From positions 5,867,909-5,931,908 of the forward strand of contig CM074804.1 of assembly GCA_037447605.1 (NCBI GenBank): DNA of 64,000 nucleotides, read 5' to 3'. A program made the position numbers and the translations under genes. Source of the DNA: Zygnema circumcarinatum SAG 698-1b. Lineage: Eukaryota > Plantae > Zygnematophyceae. Shown in pieces: positions 48,825 to 61,600 of this stretch. Below the pieces are notes generated by a model. It ran no database searches. It saw only the letters and a list, made by a program, of their open reading frames with translations, and was not told where the DNA came from. Numbering within the stretch: the first letter of the stretch is position 1; the number at the start of each line of letters is the position of its first letter.

Positions 48825-51210
48825 TCATGAGAATGGCGGTAGCCCCCAAAAGGAGGGGTCAAAGTCTTCAAGGGATGCCAAAACTTGGTCTGACTCTTCA
48901 GTCAGCGCCTTATCAAGTTCTGGATGAGGCACCATCACCACTGGCCTGCAGATCCATGGCAGCCATGTCATTCTCATTTTCTCCAGGCTCCACTCTTCTG
49001 CCTCGACTAAAGAGCTGCCAAATCAATAACTACTGCCATTCAAAGGAACAAGAACGGTCACAATTGGCCCTACAATCAAGCAGGAGGGATTGCAGACTAT
49101 CAGACCTGCTCAATAGTAATTGAGGCCGTAAAGCCAAAACTTACATGCATGCGTTTTTTGCCGCCTGCACACCGGTAGGAGCATCTTCAAAGACGAGGAT
49201 ATTCTTAGGATCTGGAATTGGTTCCTGCTTTCGCACAGGATTACGGAACATCATTTAATATCACTTGGCCCTCAATGTGCGGATAACGAAAGGAAGCTCT
49301 ATGTCAAAGTAAGTATCGTTTAAGAGCATCCGCCGCGCATCCCTTTTCAAACTGAAGCGCTCCCACAAGGGAAGGGCTCAAGAGGTTTAGAATGCTACTT
49401 TTTGCAGATTCTTCGCTCCCACTGCTTTTTCTCCAAGGAGGAAAGAATCGAGAGAAGAGGAAAACGTTGAGCAGCACACCTCAAACCGTTGTGCAGCCAC
49501 TTGAAAGATGTCAGGAGATGGTTTGCCACGAGTGACAGCAGGATCATCTCCCACTACAATGTGGTGCATAAGCCCAAATAGCCCTTTGTGTTGCGTTGTC
49601 TTCAGCTCAAAGTGTGCTCGATGAGAGCTGCACGTTATGCCTCAAGATTCACAGCAGTTATTATCTCAGAATTTCTAACCTACTATTGCTTGCACAAGAC
49701 GGATAACTTGATAACAACTTTTGCAGAGAAGCTTATTTCTGTGTCATGTTACAAATCAGTCCCCTCAAGCACGGGACCTGTATATGAGAAGAGTAACGAG
49801 ATCCACCTGGTAGCTACGGCCATGGGTATTCTATGTCCGTGTAAGTGTCGTATAAGCTGCTCAGCCCCTGCCAGGTGCTAACCCCCTCCTTTTATTCCAC
49901 TGCACCATGAACTCTCTGTTGCCATGCCAGAGACCTTGAGCTCAGATAATATGGGAATGAGGTTAAAGGAAGGTTTTTCAGGTTACTTGGCATAATTAAG
50001 CAGGTAGAGCCAATAGTATGGTCATATAACTTGTTTGCAATCTTGCTCACATTTACTTGTGATGCAAGCATAAAGCTTCGTAAGAATTGACATAGATGAG
50101 GAAGGCTGACAATAATGTCAACCACTATTTAGGATCTGTGCCATTGAGTAAAGTAAAAAAGACACATTATTTGCAGACTTTTATGTTCGATTGTCAGTCA
50201 GAACAGCCCCTCCAAAAAGGTTGGACTTAAACTTATCTCGAAACTTGAAATAGTTAGACGCAATGTGGTCGATGAGTAAATACTTGAATATTACTTTTCT
50301 CTATAACTAAAAAGGAAGGTCTTGTGGAAAAATCAAAAAGTCTGAGAGAGACGGCTAGACCATTTATGCCGTCGGAAATGACGGTGGCTTGTTTCGTCAT
50401 AAAAAAACTGTTAATAAATTTTCCGAGTTCCTTGACTATAGTTGCCTCGCTTGCCTGAGGATAATCACTAACAACAAAAAACATTACGATAATACCTGGC
50501 ATAAGGTTGCTGTTTGGGAAGAGATCATGAAGTAACGTCTCGCGCTCACGGATAAATTCTTCAGGAGTGAGCACACCCTCCAGCCCCGTCTCAGCCACCA
50601 GCACCTTCCCTGCCTCCAGCGCCTTTTTGCCCATCATCTTTGCCTTCAAAGCCCAAGTGAACACCTTGCCATATCGTGCCAAAATCTTCTTCTGCACCTC
50701 AGTGTAGAAGTTTTCTGTGTCTGCACGGATGCATAAGCCAAGAAGAATGGGCTTTGAAAAGTGAATGGTTAACTCCTACTGAAACATCTTTTCACGAGCT
50801 TCCACAAAGCCTGCGTATGTTTTGAATAAGAGACTTTCAACATTCTAGGAGAGATCGGGCATTTGGTCAACCATGAAAACCGCTCAATCGTTTTGTATGA
50901 CTTCTAAAGTCAAGTGTCCTCCATAGGTTTACTCTACCAGGGTTACACTGAAATTGATCTTCAGAAAAAAAAACTCAAAAGTACCAGTAGCAACTCCAAC
51001 TTTCGAGCTCAAAACTAGTGGCGGGTTGCCCCCAATTCTGTCTGAACAAACTATCAGCGAAACTAGCTGTCAACCACGCTGACCACGCTGCTGCTTTTTT
51101 TTTTTTTTTTTTCAGGAAAGCAGCCGCCATTGCTGCTCTTAGGGGCTCACACCTAGCAGCAAACCGTCCATGTCGAACAAAACATGGGTGATGCTCTGAG
51201 CCCTCTCCAT
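48825..51210 (-). CDS. GPP: HAD-superfamily phosphatase (GPP/HDHD1-PUDP type), multi-exon
   Basis: ITHVLFDMDGLLLDTE (HAD motif I); WALKAKMMGKK; MAVATSSHRAHFELKT; GDDPAVTRGKPSPDIF; LVFEDAPTGVQAAKNA; FDPSFWGLPPFS*. Confidence 0.95.
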
Positions 51211-51460
51211 GGCGGGGCCACCTCCTGCCTGCACGTGTCTCACCAGTCGTCCCCCCACCCCTGCAACGCCCCACCCCGACGTGGCTGTCCGTGCTTCTTC
51301 TGCCTCTTGTCCGCGCCACCCAGTCCTGCAAGCGCACGCACGCACGCAGGCTGGAAGTGTGCGCGCCTTGAACAAACGTTGACAGCGTTCCTTTGCTGTT
51401 CCTGACGGAGCACTGCCAGTCACTGCATAGGACTTGCAGGCTGGTCTGGCCGTGGCTGCA
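51211..51460. promoter_or_regulatory. Putative 250-bp bidirectional promoter/5' UTR region (GPP and TPR gene)
   Basis: Divergent ATGs at 51210 (-) and 51461 (+) with a GC-rich spacer. Inferred from geometry only. Confidence 0.6.
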
Positions 51461-53697
51461 ATGGCAGCCGGTGCCAAGATGCTCCTTGCGCTGGCGACAC
51501 GTGTCCCTCCAGCTGCCTCCTTCGATTCTAGCCTCTGTATCAAGAGAGGCAGCAGCCATGGAGGGAGAGTCGCTAAGGCCAGCTGCTACCGGCCATTGAG
51601 AAGCGTCCTTTCTCCTCTTGCAATATCGCGAGTCAGTTCTACAAACTCTGCAGATGAAACAAGGGAGGAGCATGCGGTCGACAACGGCGCCACGACGTCA
51701 AGTTCTCGCCGAGTTGCAGCTACGCAACTGGCAGCAGCTTGCGCTGCAGTTTATTATGGATCCAGTGCGGCTGTTCCAGCTGAAGCTGTGGCATCGGAGG
51801 TTCAAAAGATAGTGAAGCTGAAGAATGTTGAGAATTTGGAGCTTCAAGAGGCTCTTAGGGCAGCTGTGGTGGGCGATTTGGAGAGAGCAGAAAGCCTATT
51901 CACTGCTCTCATTGAGAAGAACCCTGAGAGTGCGAGCGTGTGGTCGAATCGAGGCAGCGTGCGGCTCTCTATGGGGCGCTGGGAAGCGGCAGCAGACGAT
52001 CTGACAAAGGCAACAGAGCTGGCGCCTTATGCACCTGTGCCCTTCCTCAACAGGGCTATTGCGTTTGAGGTGCACCAAAACTCTCACGGCCTGCTATAAA
52101 GTATGGACCCTACATCCTCCGACTGATAATTCATACTAATGGAACTCACACATTGTGCTATTCACCTCTGTGTGTTTCCTAGCTTTGTTTCTTTGACTCT
52201 GAACCATGGACTACAGATGTATCGCACATCTGTACTATGCTCCTTTGATAGAACTTCAGAGTGAAATGACAAGTGAAACATATATGGGCACGTTTTTTAG
52301 CTGATCCAAACGACAAAATGTGGCACATTGTGAGCAGGCGTTGGGAATGTATGCTGAAGCCATCGCAGACTGCAAAGTGGCTATAGAAAACGATCCACAG
52401 GTACGTATCCCTTCATTTTCATGCACTTGAGGGTGCATAGGTGAGCGTTTGGCTCCAGATGACGACTTTTAGGAGTGTTTTCTCGTGACCTCCCTGCTAA
52501 ATTCCACCAACTCTGGAAGTAGACCAGAATGGATTGGCTACCCGCAGAATAGTGCTGCAGACATCTCCTGGAAGTTTTTTCAGCTTTGCTATTGATTGCG
52601 TAGGGAAGCATGAGCTATTGACGCTTGCGCTTCCCTGTGTGTGCTTTAGGAGTTCCTATGGTGCTCTTGATTGGTTTGCTTTTCTGGACGATTGTAGAAT
52701 TTAGAAACTGTCTTTCCTGATTTAGGAAGCTGCGTGTTTCATATTCATTGTTTCCGAATGCTCTTTGTTGGGGAACGGGGGAAATTTGTCCAGGAATATG
52801 CAGCATGGTTCAACCTGGGCAATGTTGAAGCAAAGCTTCAAGACTACGGCGCAGCACTAGTCGCCTATGAAAGGGCAGCAATTCTGGCGCCAGGTGTTGC
52901 AGGGTACCGATTACGGGAAGCCAGCATGTTATTTCAGGTGCATGTGCTTGCATTGTTTTTCTAACACACTTTTCCTTTGGTTTCCTTTTGAAGTTTTCCG
53001 TTTATGTAACATTTGCCTGGGCATTCCGTACCTGTTGAGCTGCCGCGAAAGAACAGTGGCACATTCCTTACTGGTTTATATTCACCTGTCCATCCTGCCA
53101 GCAAATGGGGATCTTTGTACTCGTTTCATTTGCTGCACGAAACCCGGCACTCTCTTGTGGTCCTTTGGTTATGCTAAATATGTGCATGAAGCAAAACATA
53201 CTAGACGACTTATAATTATCCCAAGTCCCTGCTGTTATGTGTTAGCAGGTTTGCGTGCATCTGCTTGCTGACTGTTGTAAAATGTGCCGGCGCTGGGAGA
53301 GGGTGCCAGCTCGACAGGTCCGAGGAAGCCAAAAAAGTGATGCAGGGATTAGTGCGGAAGTATCCGAACTATGCAGAGGCGCATGCAGCACTCGCGGCTG
53401 TTTTATGGAGTGAGAATCGGAGAAGCAATGCAGAGGAGCAGTTCACAGAGGCTCTGCAGCAGGAGCCGCGGTTTAAGAGCATGAGGTAAGGAAAAGTGAA
53501 AGGAGTATGGGCTTCTGTTTGTCTCCTTTTTCACACTTGGTGTAAGCAGCATCTTGAAGCTTCATGTTAGGGCGATGGAAACCTGTGTTGATTCAACCGA
53601 CTTGTTTTTCATTTTACATTGCAGATGGGTCCATGAAAGTCTGCAGTGGCCACCTGGATTGGAGCTGGCCCTGGAAAACTTTTTGGCGATTAAGTGA
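51461..53697 (+). CDS. Plastid-targeted tetratricopeptide-repeat protein, 5 exons
   Basis: Transit-peptide-like Ser/Arg/Ala-rich N-terminus. TPR helices ASVWSNRGSVRLSMGRWEAAADDLTKATELAP, PFLNRAIAFE|ALG, AAWFNLGN and YPNYAEAHAALAAVLW. C-terminus RWVHESLQWPPGLELALENFLAIK*. All four junctions are GT-AG and in phase. Confidence 0.88.
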
Positions 53698-55666
53698 ATG
53701 CTGGTTAAAACAGAGGCCACAGGCAGCTTTGCTCTGCCAATAAGAAAGGAGGGTGGTTGCTTTTTGGTATCGAGCATCATTTTTAGGGAGGTGGGAGGCA
53801 TGTCGTTTTCTTCTTTAGGTTTTGGTCAGGCCTCGTAGCATGCTAACTGGCCATGTCAATGACTCGGTCAGCAAATGCACTTGTACATTTTGCTTCTCCA
53901 ATTTTAGGCTGTATTAGCTCGTTTGTCTGTAGAACTGATAGGGATGCGGATGGCTCCTCTTTAGTTGATTCTTCAACCTCCTCAGCTGCTGATTTTCCTG
54001 TTTTAAACACTGTAGCTAGTGCGTTCAACCAACCCGGCAATATTCGGCACTCGCAAATCATACCATCACGAACCCCCAAATTTGACAGAGCGCTACTTCA
54101 AAATTGATCCGCAAACACAAAGACTATTCTATGCTTTTCCTTCTCGACATGCGGTAGTACAAAACTTTTTAGTTTTGAGTCGTATATACCATTCGCACCT
54201 TAAACCTAGCCCCCCAAAACTGTTCATAAGATCAACAATATGGGCCCTACACTCCTGAAGGGTCCAGCCAGGAATTGTCCCAGCCTCTGGCCTTGCACCA
54301 CTCGGCGGATACTGCCCCTGGCGCTCAAACATTCAACTAGCCAACCAATCAGCTAACCGACCAACTAACCAGCCAACCAACCAATTAACCAGCCAACCAG
54401 TGCCGGCCGCGGCGGGCGGGCCTTTGAAGCTGCAACGAACGAACAGAGCGCGGCCGGAGGGAGCGGGGCGGCGCACGGGCTGGCGGCCGTACATTTTCGT
54501 ACTGCTGCCTGCAGCCACGCCGTACGGCCGGAGAGGGACGGAGGCGGAGAGCGAGCGCGCGGCCCTCTCGGTCTGTCCGTACGCGCGAGGAGGGGCGGGC
54601 GGGCGGGCCAGACCTAGCGCAGCCAATCGGGGGTCGTCGGCGACCGAGCGGACGCGGCATTGGGGCGACACGTGGTTGGCCGCTCCCTTCCAAAAGTCCG
54701 TCCGTGTGTCCGAATAGCCGTCGATGCGACAGACAGGGCTTGTCAATCTTCAAATAGCATGGATTCAGTTCAGAAGGCGTACCCCTCTATTCTAGCGTTG
54801 TGGTTTCTTTTGCGGATAGCGCATACTCGTTTCGAATATTGGTCTGACCTGCCCTGACTTGACCCGCCCGGGACAACAGTGCTTAAAAGTGAAAAGGTAC
54901 GGACTTGGGGAACACGGCGTACACGTGGCCACCACGTCACCAGTGGCGACATACACGTCAGCGCGCGAGTCGCTAGGGACGATCTGGACCGTCAAAACCT
55001 CGTTTCGTCCAAACCCGTCCGCTCTGGCGGCTGACGTCATATCAGGTACTGTCTGCGTCACCAATATCTATGGACGCTGGACGTAGACCATACACGTGGC
55101 AAAAGCTGTGGCGTACGGAAGTCAGTCTGTCCGTACAAGTCATTCGGACGGACCTCCCTTTTGGTCCGTTCCGTCGGAAATTAAACGCGAGGAGACAAAC
55201 CGCTTAACTGTAGCGCGTACGGCCGGGCCGCGTGCACTAACAAATGGTTCTAACCGCCATAACTGAAATAACTGCCCTCAGCCTCAGTCGTTGGACTTCC
55301 TCGCAGCAGCAGCGGGGCGCTGCTCAAGCGCTGTACTCCATAGGGTCGAAATTTGGCAGTTAGGGTTTGCTATGCTAAAGGACGCATGCTGCATACAGTT
55401 ATGCTGATAATACTTCCTTGCAAATGCCCTCTGATAGTAAAAATTATGCCTTGAAACTCTATTAGATATTACGTTGACCGATTACTAGTTCAGGCGGTCA
55501 GAATTCTATAGGATTTTAGGTTAGGCTGGCTGCATATTGCTTACTATTCCTGGATTCGGCAGGTGCACGCTAGCTTCTGCTAACATTGTTTGTCGCCTTT
55601 GGGAGGAAACCAGTGCGAAGGATACGGTTCCGGGGTTCCAGTCAGCGCAGAGACGAAAGAGGGAAG

Positions 55667-57212
55667 ATGGGAAAGGAAAAGGATGTCAAAATGGGCCCTG
55701 AGGCGTCCCTGTTGGTCGTCTTTGTGGCGCTCATTCTTGGACTTGCGGCTGTTGGTGGCGGAATTTATGCGGAAATTATTCGAAAGCAGGTTAGGATTGG
55801 AAATACAACCCTCCATACAGGACAAGCATTGCCAATTTTTCTGGCATCAATAACTGAATACGCTGCTTTTCAAAACATTCCCTTGGCCTGAATGATGAGG
55901 AAAGTAGACTGTTGTCAACCAAATGTGTGTCAATAGTGGACGTGTAACGCATGGACTCGAGAGTGAGATAACATGGAAATCCCAACGGACGTCAATCCGT
56001 GTCCTCCTTACCATGTGAAGTTTTCCGCTTCCGTATCCTAGTCTGACACTGTCTGGTCGCAAGAATAAAAGTGTTGACCAGTACTTTTTTGGTCCCTGTT
56101 TCCCTTTGGCTTATTGCTATATAGGAGCCATCCGCCGAGGATGTAACCCCAAGCGGTAGAGTTCTGAAGTGCGCCTTTCAGTCACACCGCGCATATTTGA
56201 TAGCAGTGTGTGCTGCCGGCAGTTTAACTTTGAGCCACGTGCTGGTCTCAGTCCTGGGTGGCTGCGTGTGCTGCTGCACTCTTATATATGCCCGGGGTTC
56301 TGCACATAACTGGAGCATGTTCCTTTTCGCAACTGCTTGGTAAGTTCAGAGGAAAGTGGACAGATTCTTTCTGATTTCGCCCATGAAGCTGGATGTGTCC
56401 TTGTTCTTTTGGTGACCCTAGGGACACGTTCAATTTGGACGCTTGCATTGTCATTTTCAAAGAGGTTGATAGAAATTGCGTGAATTGAAGAGAGGCTGAG
56501 GACGTAGATGTGGCTGTGGGGATCATGCAGGGCGTACTTCTTCATGGCACAGTTTTGCTTTCTTTCCGGCGCCTTCATCAACGAATATCACACCTCGAAG
56601 ACCTTCTTTGAATACGACTATGACTTGAAACGCTGCTACCGCACAAGGCCCTTCATGTACTACGGTATGAACGTCAGAGAGGAAATCAGCTGTACTCCTC
56701 CGCTAGTGTTGCCTTCCAGAATGAAAAGATGTTTTCAATGCAATGATTTTGCTTCGTAAGAACAAGGATGGCGCTCTACTTATCCCAGAATGAAACCTTG
56801 CGGCCACTATTACTTTCGAATTTCCGCATTGGTTAGGATCTTTCCTTTCATTCTTTGAGAGACTGTCTAAAAGGGTACCCTTCTTGCACCTAAAAATGCC
56901 AAGAAGGCCTTCCAAATCAAGGTCACACTCTCATATCCTTCTGGGTCATATTCATCAATTTTATCTGCTCGGTTGTTCGTTTTGTTCGCAGCGGCGGCCG
57001 GGTTCTCTTTGCTGCACACGGTGTTCATTATATTGTTTTACGGACAGGCCCAGAAGGCCAAATACGAGGCTTGGGTGGAGCAAGGAGCACCCACGCCACA
57101 TCTTTACAGTGTGAAGACTATGAAGAGCTTCGTTATTGCGGGGCCAGCGAAGAAGGGACCTCTCAGAGACCTATCAGAACCCTCAAAGCCTTTCCTCTCC
57201 TCACATACATGA
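55667..57212 (+). CDS. DUF1218 (MWL/Fb34-like) small multi-pass membrane protein, 4 exons
   Basis: Spliced translation: LLVVFVALILGLAAVGGGIYAEIIRKQ|EPSAEDV...CAF...VLGGCVCCC...FATAW|AYFFMAQFCFLSGAFINEYHT...CYRTRPFMYY|AAAGFSLLHTVFIILFY. The Cys/TM pattern matches DUF1218 as I recall it. Confidence 0.8.
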
Positions 57213-58672
57213 GGAGGGATGGGGCAGGGGGGCATATGCAGTGTCGGCGGTTTCTGTGAGCATGGGGAATAAAAACAGAGCTGTGAGTCGGAGTACGTCA
57301 TCTGAATGTGAATGGAAGGAGACGACGGACCCCGATTTATTCCTTGTGGATAGCGTAGCGATAGCAGCTCTGTCAGCTGAACTGTCGACCCTTTTGTAGC
57401 TTGTCGTAAAGAAACCTGAGGTTCGTCTAAGGCCTCTGTCGCATCCTTAGTCGTCTTACTAAGCCCTTTGATGGAGAGTTCTTCAAGTTTCAAGTCCGGT
57501 GTTCCATGTAGAAATTTGCTCTATTCTTTATATGAAATGGCTTGCGCCAACGATGGTGCCTTACCACTTTGATAGGCGTCCTTAGATGGTAAGAATAATA
57601 TGGCTGCTAGCGTACTGCGATTCCTGCCCTTCGATCATTCTGTTTCAGAACACGATTCTGGTTCTTGCAGTTCAAAGTGATGCATTGCCCACGTGGAAGC
57701 AGCACAAGCCCTTGAACGCTCTCAGCCGTACTAAAACATCAAAACGAGCAACGTCAGTAATATCTTTTTGTTTTCCTTGTTATATGAAAACTTGAATCCG
57801 ATGTGTTTGTTGTCGACCCGTGATTATTTATTTAGAAGTAAAAACGAGGACACCCAGTGAAGCCTGCGTGGTGCAATGCAGTAGTTGGGACCTCCTTGAT
57901 TTTTCTGCGCACGAGAGTTTGTCGCTAGAGACACAGAAGACGACAGCCGAATGGACGGGCGTACATGAAATTCCATTCACATTAGCACACGGCCTTCCAC
58001 AGAAAGAGAGTCAGATCATCACCAAGTAGCATCTAGAAGGCTATGCGGACCCCCCATACTCCCGCCTCCAGTGTAAATCAGTACAGTACCCCCATGGTTA
58101 TCTGAAGAATTAAGTGCACCAAGTCACATTATCCATCCAGGCTTATAACTACTAACTACCTTAACGGTTGGATCCGCGACTTTCTGCGAGAGAAGGGCTA
58201 CTTATAGGATACAAACAGAGGTTATGGGACAAAAGAGGACGTGGTGAAATTGGCTGATGATTGGCAGCAGCCAATGGACAATCGCTTAGGTCAGACACTT
58301 CATTACAAGCCCCAAACAGTCACTTCAGGGCGATTGCAGCGGACTGCACGATAAAAATGACATGCTCCTGACACCTCCCTTGCCTCACTCGCGAGACAAC
58401 AACGCTTAGTGCTGCTAGCTTTTGCAGCAGTTAGACACAGGAGGAGCGCACAAAGTAGACAGTACTTTGTCAAAGTTGATCAGTTTCCCTTGCTCCAAAT
58501 TTCTCATGCGCCGCCATAAAGGTACAGGAATGAAACCCGTGTTGCCTTGTGATCTTGCCCCACATGACACCAAGGCAGATTGGCTGCATTCCTTCCTTAC
58601 TGCGATTGCCCATTATTGACTGCGTCTATCTATGTCTATGTGTAATGTCTATGGGACATTTATGCCGCCGTA

Positions 58673-61600
58673 CTAAAGATGGGAAGTGAGATGACTCTGC
58701 ACTGCCAGGGCCAGCGCTTGCTTTTCCTCCACAGTCCGGGGTTGAAGACCCTTTTTGAATTTTCGCTGGTAAAGTCGCAGAGGCAGATATGCACATCTGA
58801 TTTTGCGCCCATTAAACGACCTACCATGCAGCGCATGTGCAGCCTTACACGCGGATTCTTCTCGGGAGAATTCGACATAGACACGTCCTACACGCCATGC
58901 TTCTACATGTGCGTCGTTCTTCTTCCCCTCTTGTCCAATTTCTGGGCTCCCTTCCCTCCCACGTCCTTCAATAGCCTTTTCCATAGCTATGACAGGGCCT
59001 GAAATATTTTCCGCAGGCTTGCCCTCACTTTCCACAGCCTGCGAATACGGCATTTTCTTATCTTCAGCATCACCATTTTCCGTTCGCAAGAGCACCTCCT
59101 CCACCCCCTTGCCTAGATTTGCTTCCGCATTTGGTTGCACTCTCCCTAATACTTTCCCTTCTTCTATACTCTCGCCACTCTGAATTTGGAGGCTGTCCAG
59201 AGAGACTCCACTTGTAGCCTCTTTCCCTGCACATTCCTGTCCTTTTGCCTCCACCTTAATGGTGCTTTCACCCGAGACTTGCTGATCGCCGTTGAGCAGC
59301 CCACCAGTCAGGCTCTCCACTGCGGGGTCACCTGCAACTCGTCTCTCCTTTTCCGGCAAAGTGCTCGGCCGAACAATATGGAGTGACTTAACATTCCCCA
59401 GCCTGCGTGCATGCTCAGACCAACATCCGTCTTTGTCAGCAAAAAAATGGATTCTTTACCCAACAATTGACCAATGGGGGACAAGGCCACGTCCGCAGAA
59501 CTAATTTCCTCTCCGCCTCCTCTTTATAATTCACTCCGCCGAACTCAATGGCTGCTTGACAAACTCAAACGACGTAACGTAACATGGGATGAAAAAGCCG
59601 ATGTGATGTATTTCTCAGCAGAGAGGGCTTCCCTGTGACAGTTACGAGCTTACTTGGCACATTCAATCCGTATGTCTTCCTCTAACTCCTGATAGTCGTC
59701 ATCAGAGTTCAGGCAAAGCTCCTCTGCAGTAAACTGTGCCACCAATAATGCCTTGTTAGAGCCCTCCACAATGTTTTTCCTTTCCAACGGTTTCAAAGGC
59801 ACACACTCTGCTGAGTCCTTCACAACCAATCCTGCAAGCTGCTAATTACAGCAGACGATCGAGGGACTAAGGAGGGGACTGACCATATTCATGAGTTCAA
59901 CAATACGGGTAGGAGGCTCCATGAGGGGCTTCGCTTCCTCTGGGATTCCATAGAAGGGAGTCATCCCAGGTTTAGCCTGCATGCAAACTATGTGATGCAT
60001 CAGCATCGGCATCACTGAGTTCTGCTTCATTCCCTTCCTTAGACCGTCGCTCACCTCCAGCCACTGTGGTTGACAACTATTCAGGAAGCTCAATCAAGAA
60101 ATAATCCAAGGTCAATTGCAAGGTCCATGAAATGAGCATATGCTCGAGGTTAGTGGCTTCCAGTCACTTAAAAGGAAAAATTGTCCGACTTCAGACGAGA
60201 CATTGCAGAACTACAATCAGTCAGGGCAAAATCCCCTCAGAATCAGCCACGAAGGCAAATGCATCTGAAAGTGCAGCCTACCTGAAGAGGAGCATTAGGG
60301 GTAGCGCGGCAGACTGTCAGGACACCAGGACCAAGTTTGAGCCCATTCAAGCCTGTGCAGGCAGCACTAGTAACAGAAAGGTCCATATACTGCACAAAGT
60401 GAAGCACAAAATTAAGTTCAAAAGAACTCAAGGAAACAATCTCAGAGTGTTTGATTTTGTCTCTAGCTAGTGCCATTGGCCGCGGGCAAAGCAGAATATG
60501 CACCCAAAAGAGGTACGATGAAGAGACGCACCTTTCCAAAGACGGTTTCTCAGAAAATTGAGAAAAGCAGAGAAGGAAAGGAAAGTATAGGCTGGGGATT
60601 ACCTCGGCAAATGCGAATGCTCGTGCTGGTCGAGTGGAAGTATCTGTCTCCATTCGAAACGCGCGGAGTTGCCCAAATGCAGTGATGATCTCCTTCACCT
60701 GCACACGCAGCAGAAGTGTATGCTCAAAGCTTGAAAGGCTCGATCAAGTTCCCACACATTCAAACAGATATTCCTTGCTTTCATGAGAAAGCTAATCCGT
60801 ACTCACCTTCTCTACTGGAAGTGATGGTGATATTCCTCCGATGAACACCTGCGCAATCAATAACTCTTCCCCTCAATTCAGTCTATATGCACGCCTAATC
60901 TGAATCTAATCAAAATCTAATATAATCTAATCTGAATCTAATCTAATCTATTCTGAATCTGAATCTAATCCTAATCCTTTGTTACCATCTACTCATCAAT
61001 GGCTGACGAACTTGTTCCGAGTTTTTGCGCTTAATTGGGGTTCTCGCTCTTTGATGTACAGCTTCTTCTGCGAAGCTGAAAAGCGATCAAGAAGCAACTT
61101 GTTCTTTTCAAACAAATAAACAACAATAGAATAAAAAAGCGCTTATCAAGATTTTAGAACGATAAACACCAAAAGAGCATCATGATTCTGAATCGTCTGC
61201 GCTGGTATGAACAATAATATTGTGAGCCAGCTTGACACAGGCAAGCCAGTATCGACTCAATCAATCAATGCATCTCACCTTATACGGACTATCAACCACA
61301 GTTGACGAGACAAGGTCCATGGAAGGCACAATCTCAGAAATCACCGTTGTTGTCAAGGGATTACTTGTCTGCAATGCCAACGAGCCAGGCCAAATTCAGA
61401 CATCTGAGAAAAAGGATGGCAAGCAGCAAAGGAGAATCAGTATCCCACTCAAGTTGGTAAACATACATAGACGTAAAGCGTTTTCCAGTTTTTTAAGAAT
61501 CGATTGACTAAGAAGGAGCGATCAGATTGAAAGTGGCAAACATACAGAAGCACAGAACGTCAAGGAAGTCATGAAACCTTAAAGTTAAAATGTTTGTTCT

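Noticed and set aside
54338-54400. ACCAACC/ACTAACC-rich tract resembling MYB AC elements upstream of the DUF1218 gene
   Set aside because: About 1.3 kb from the ATG and indistinguishable from a degenerate (CCAA)n microsatellite.
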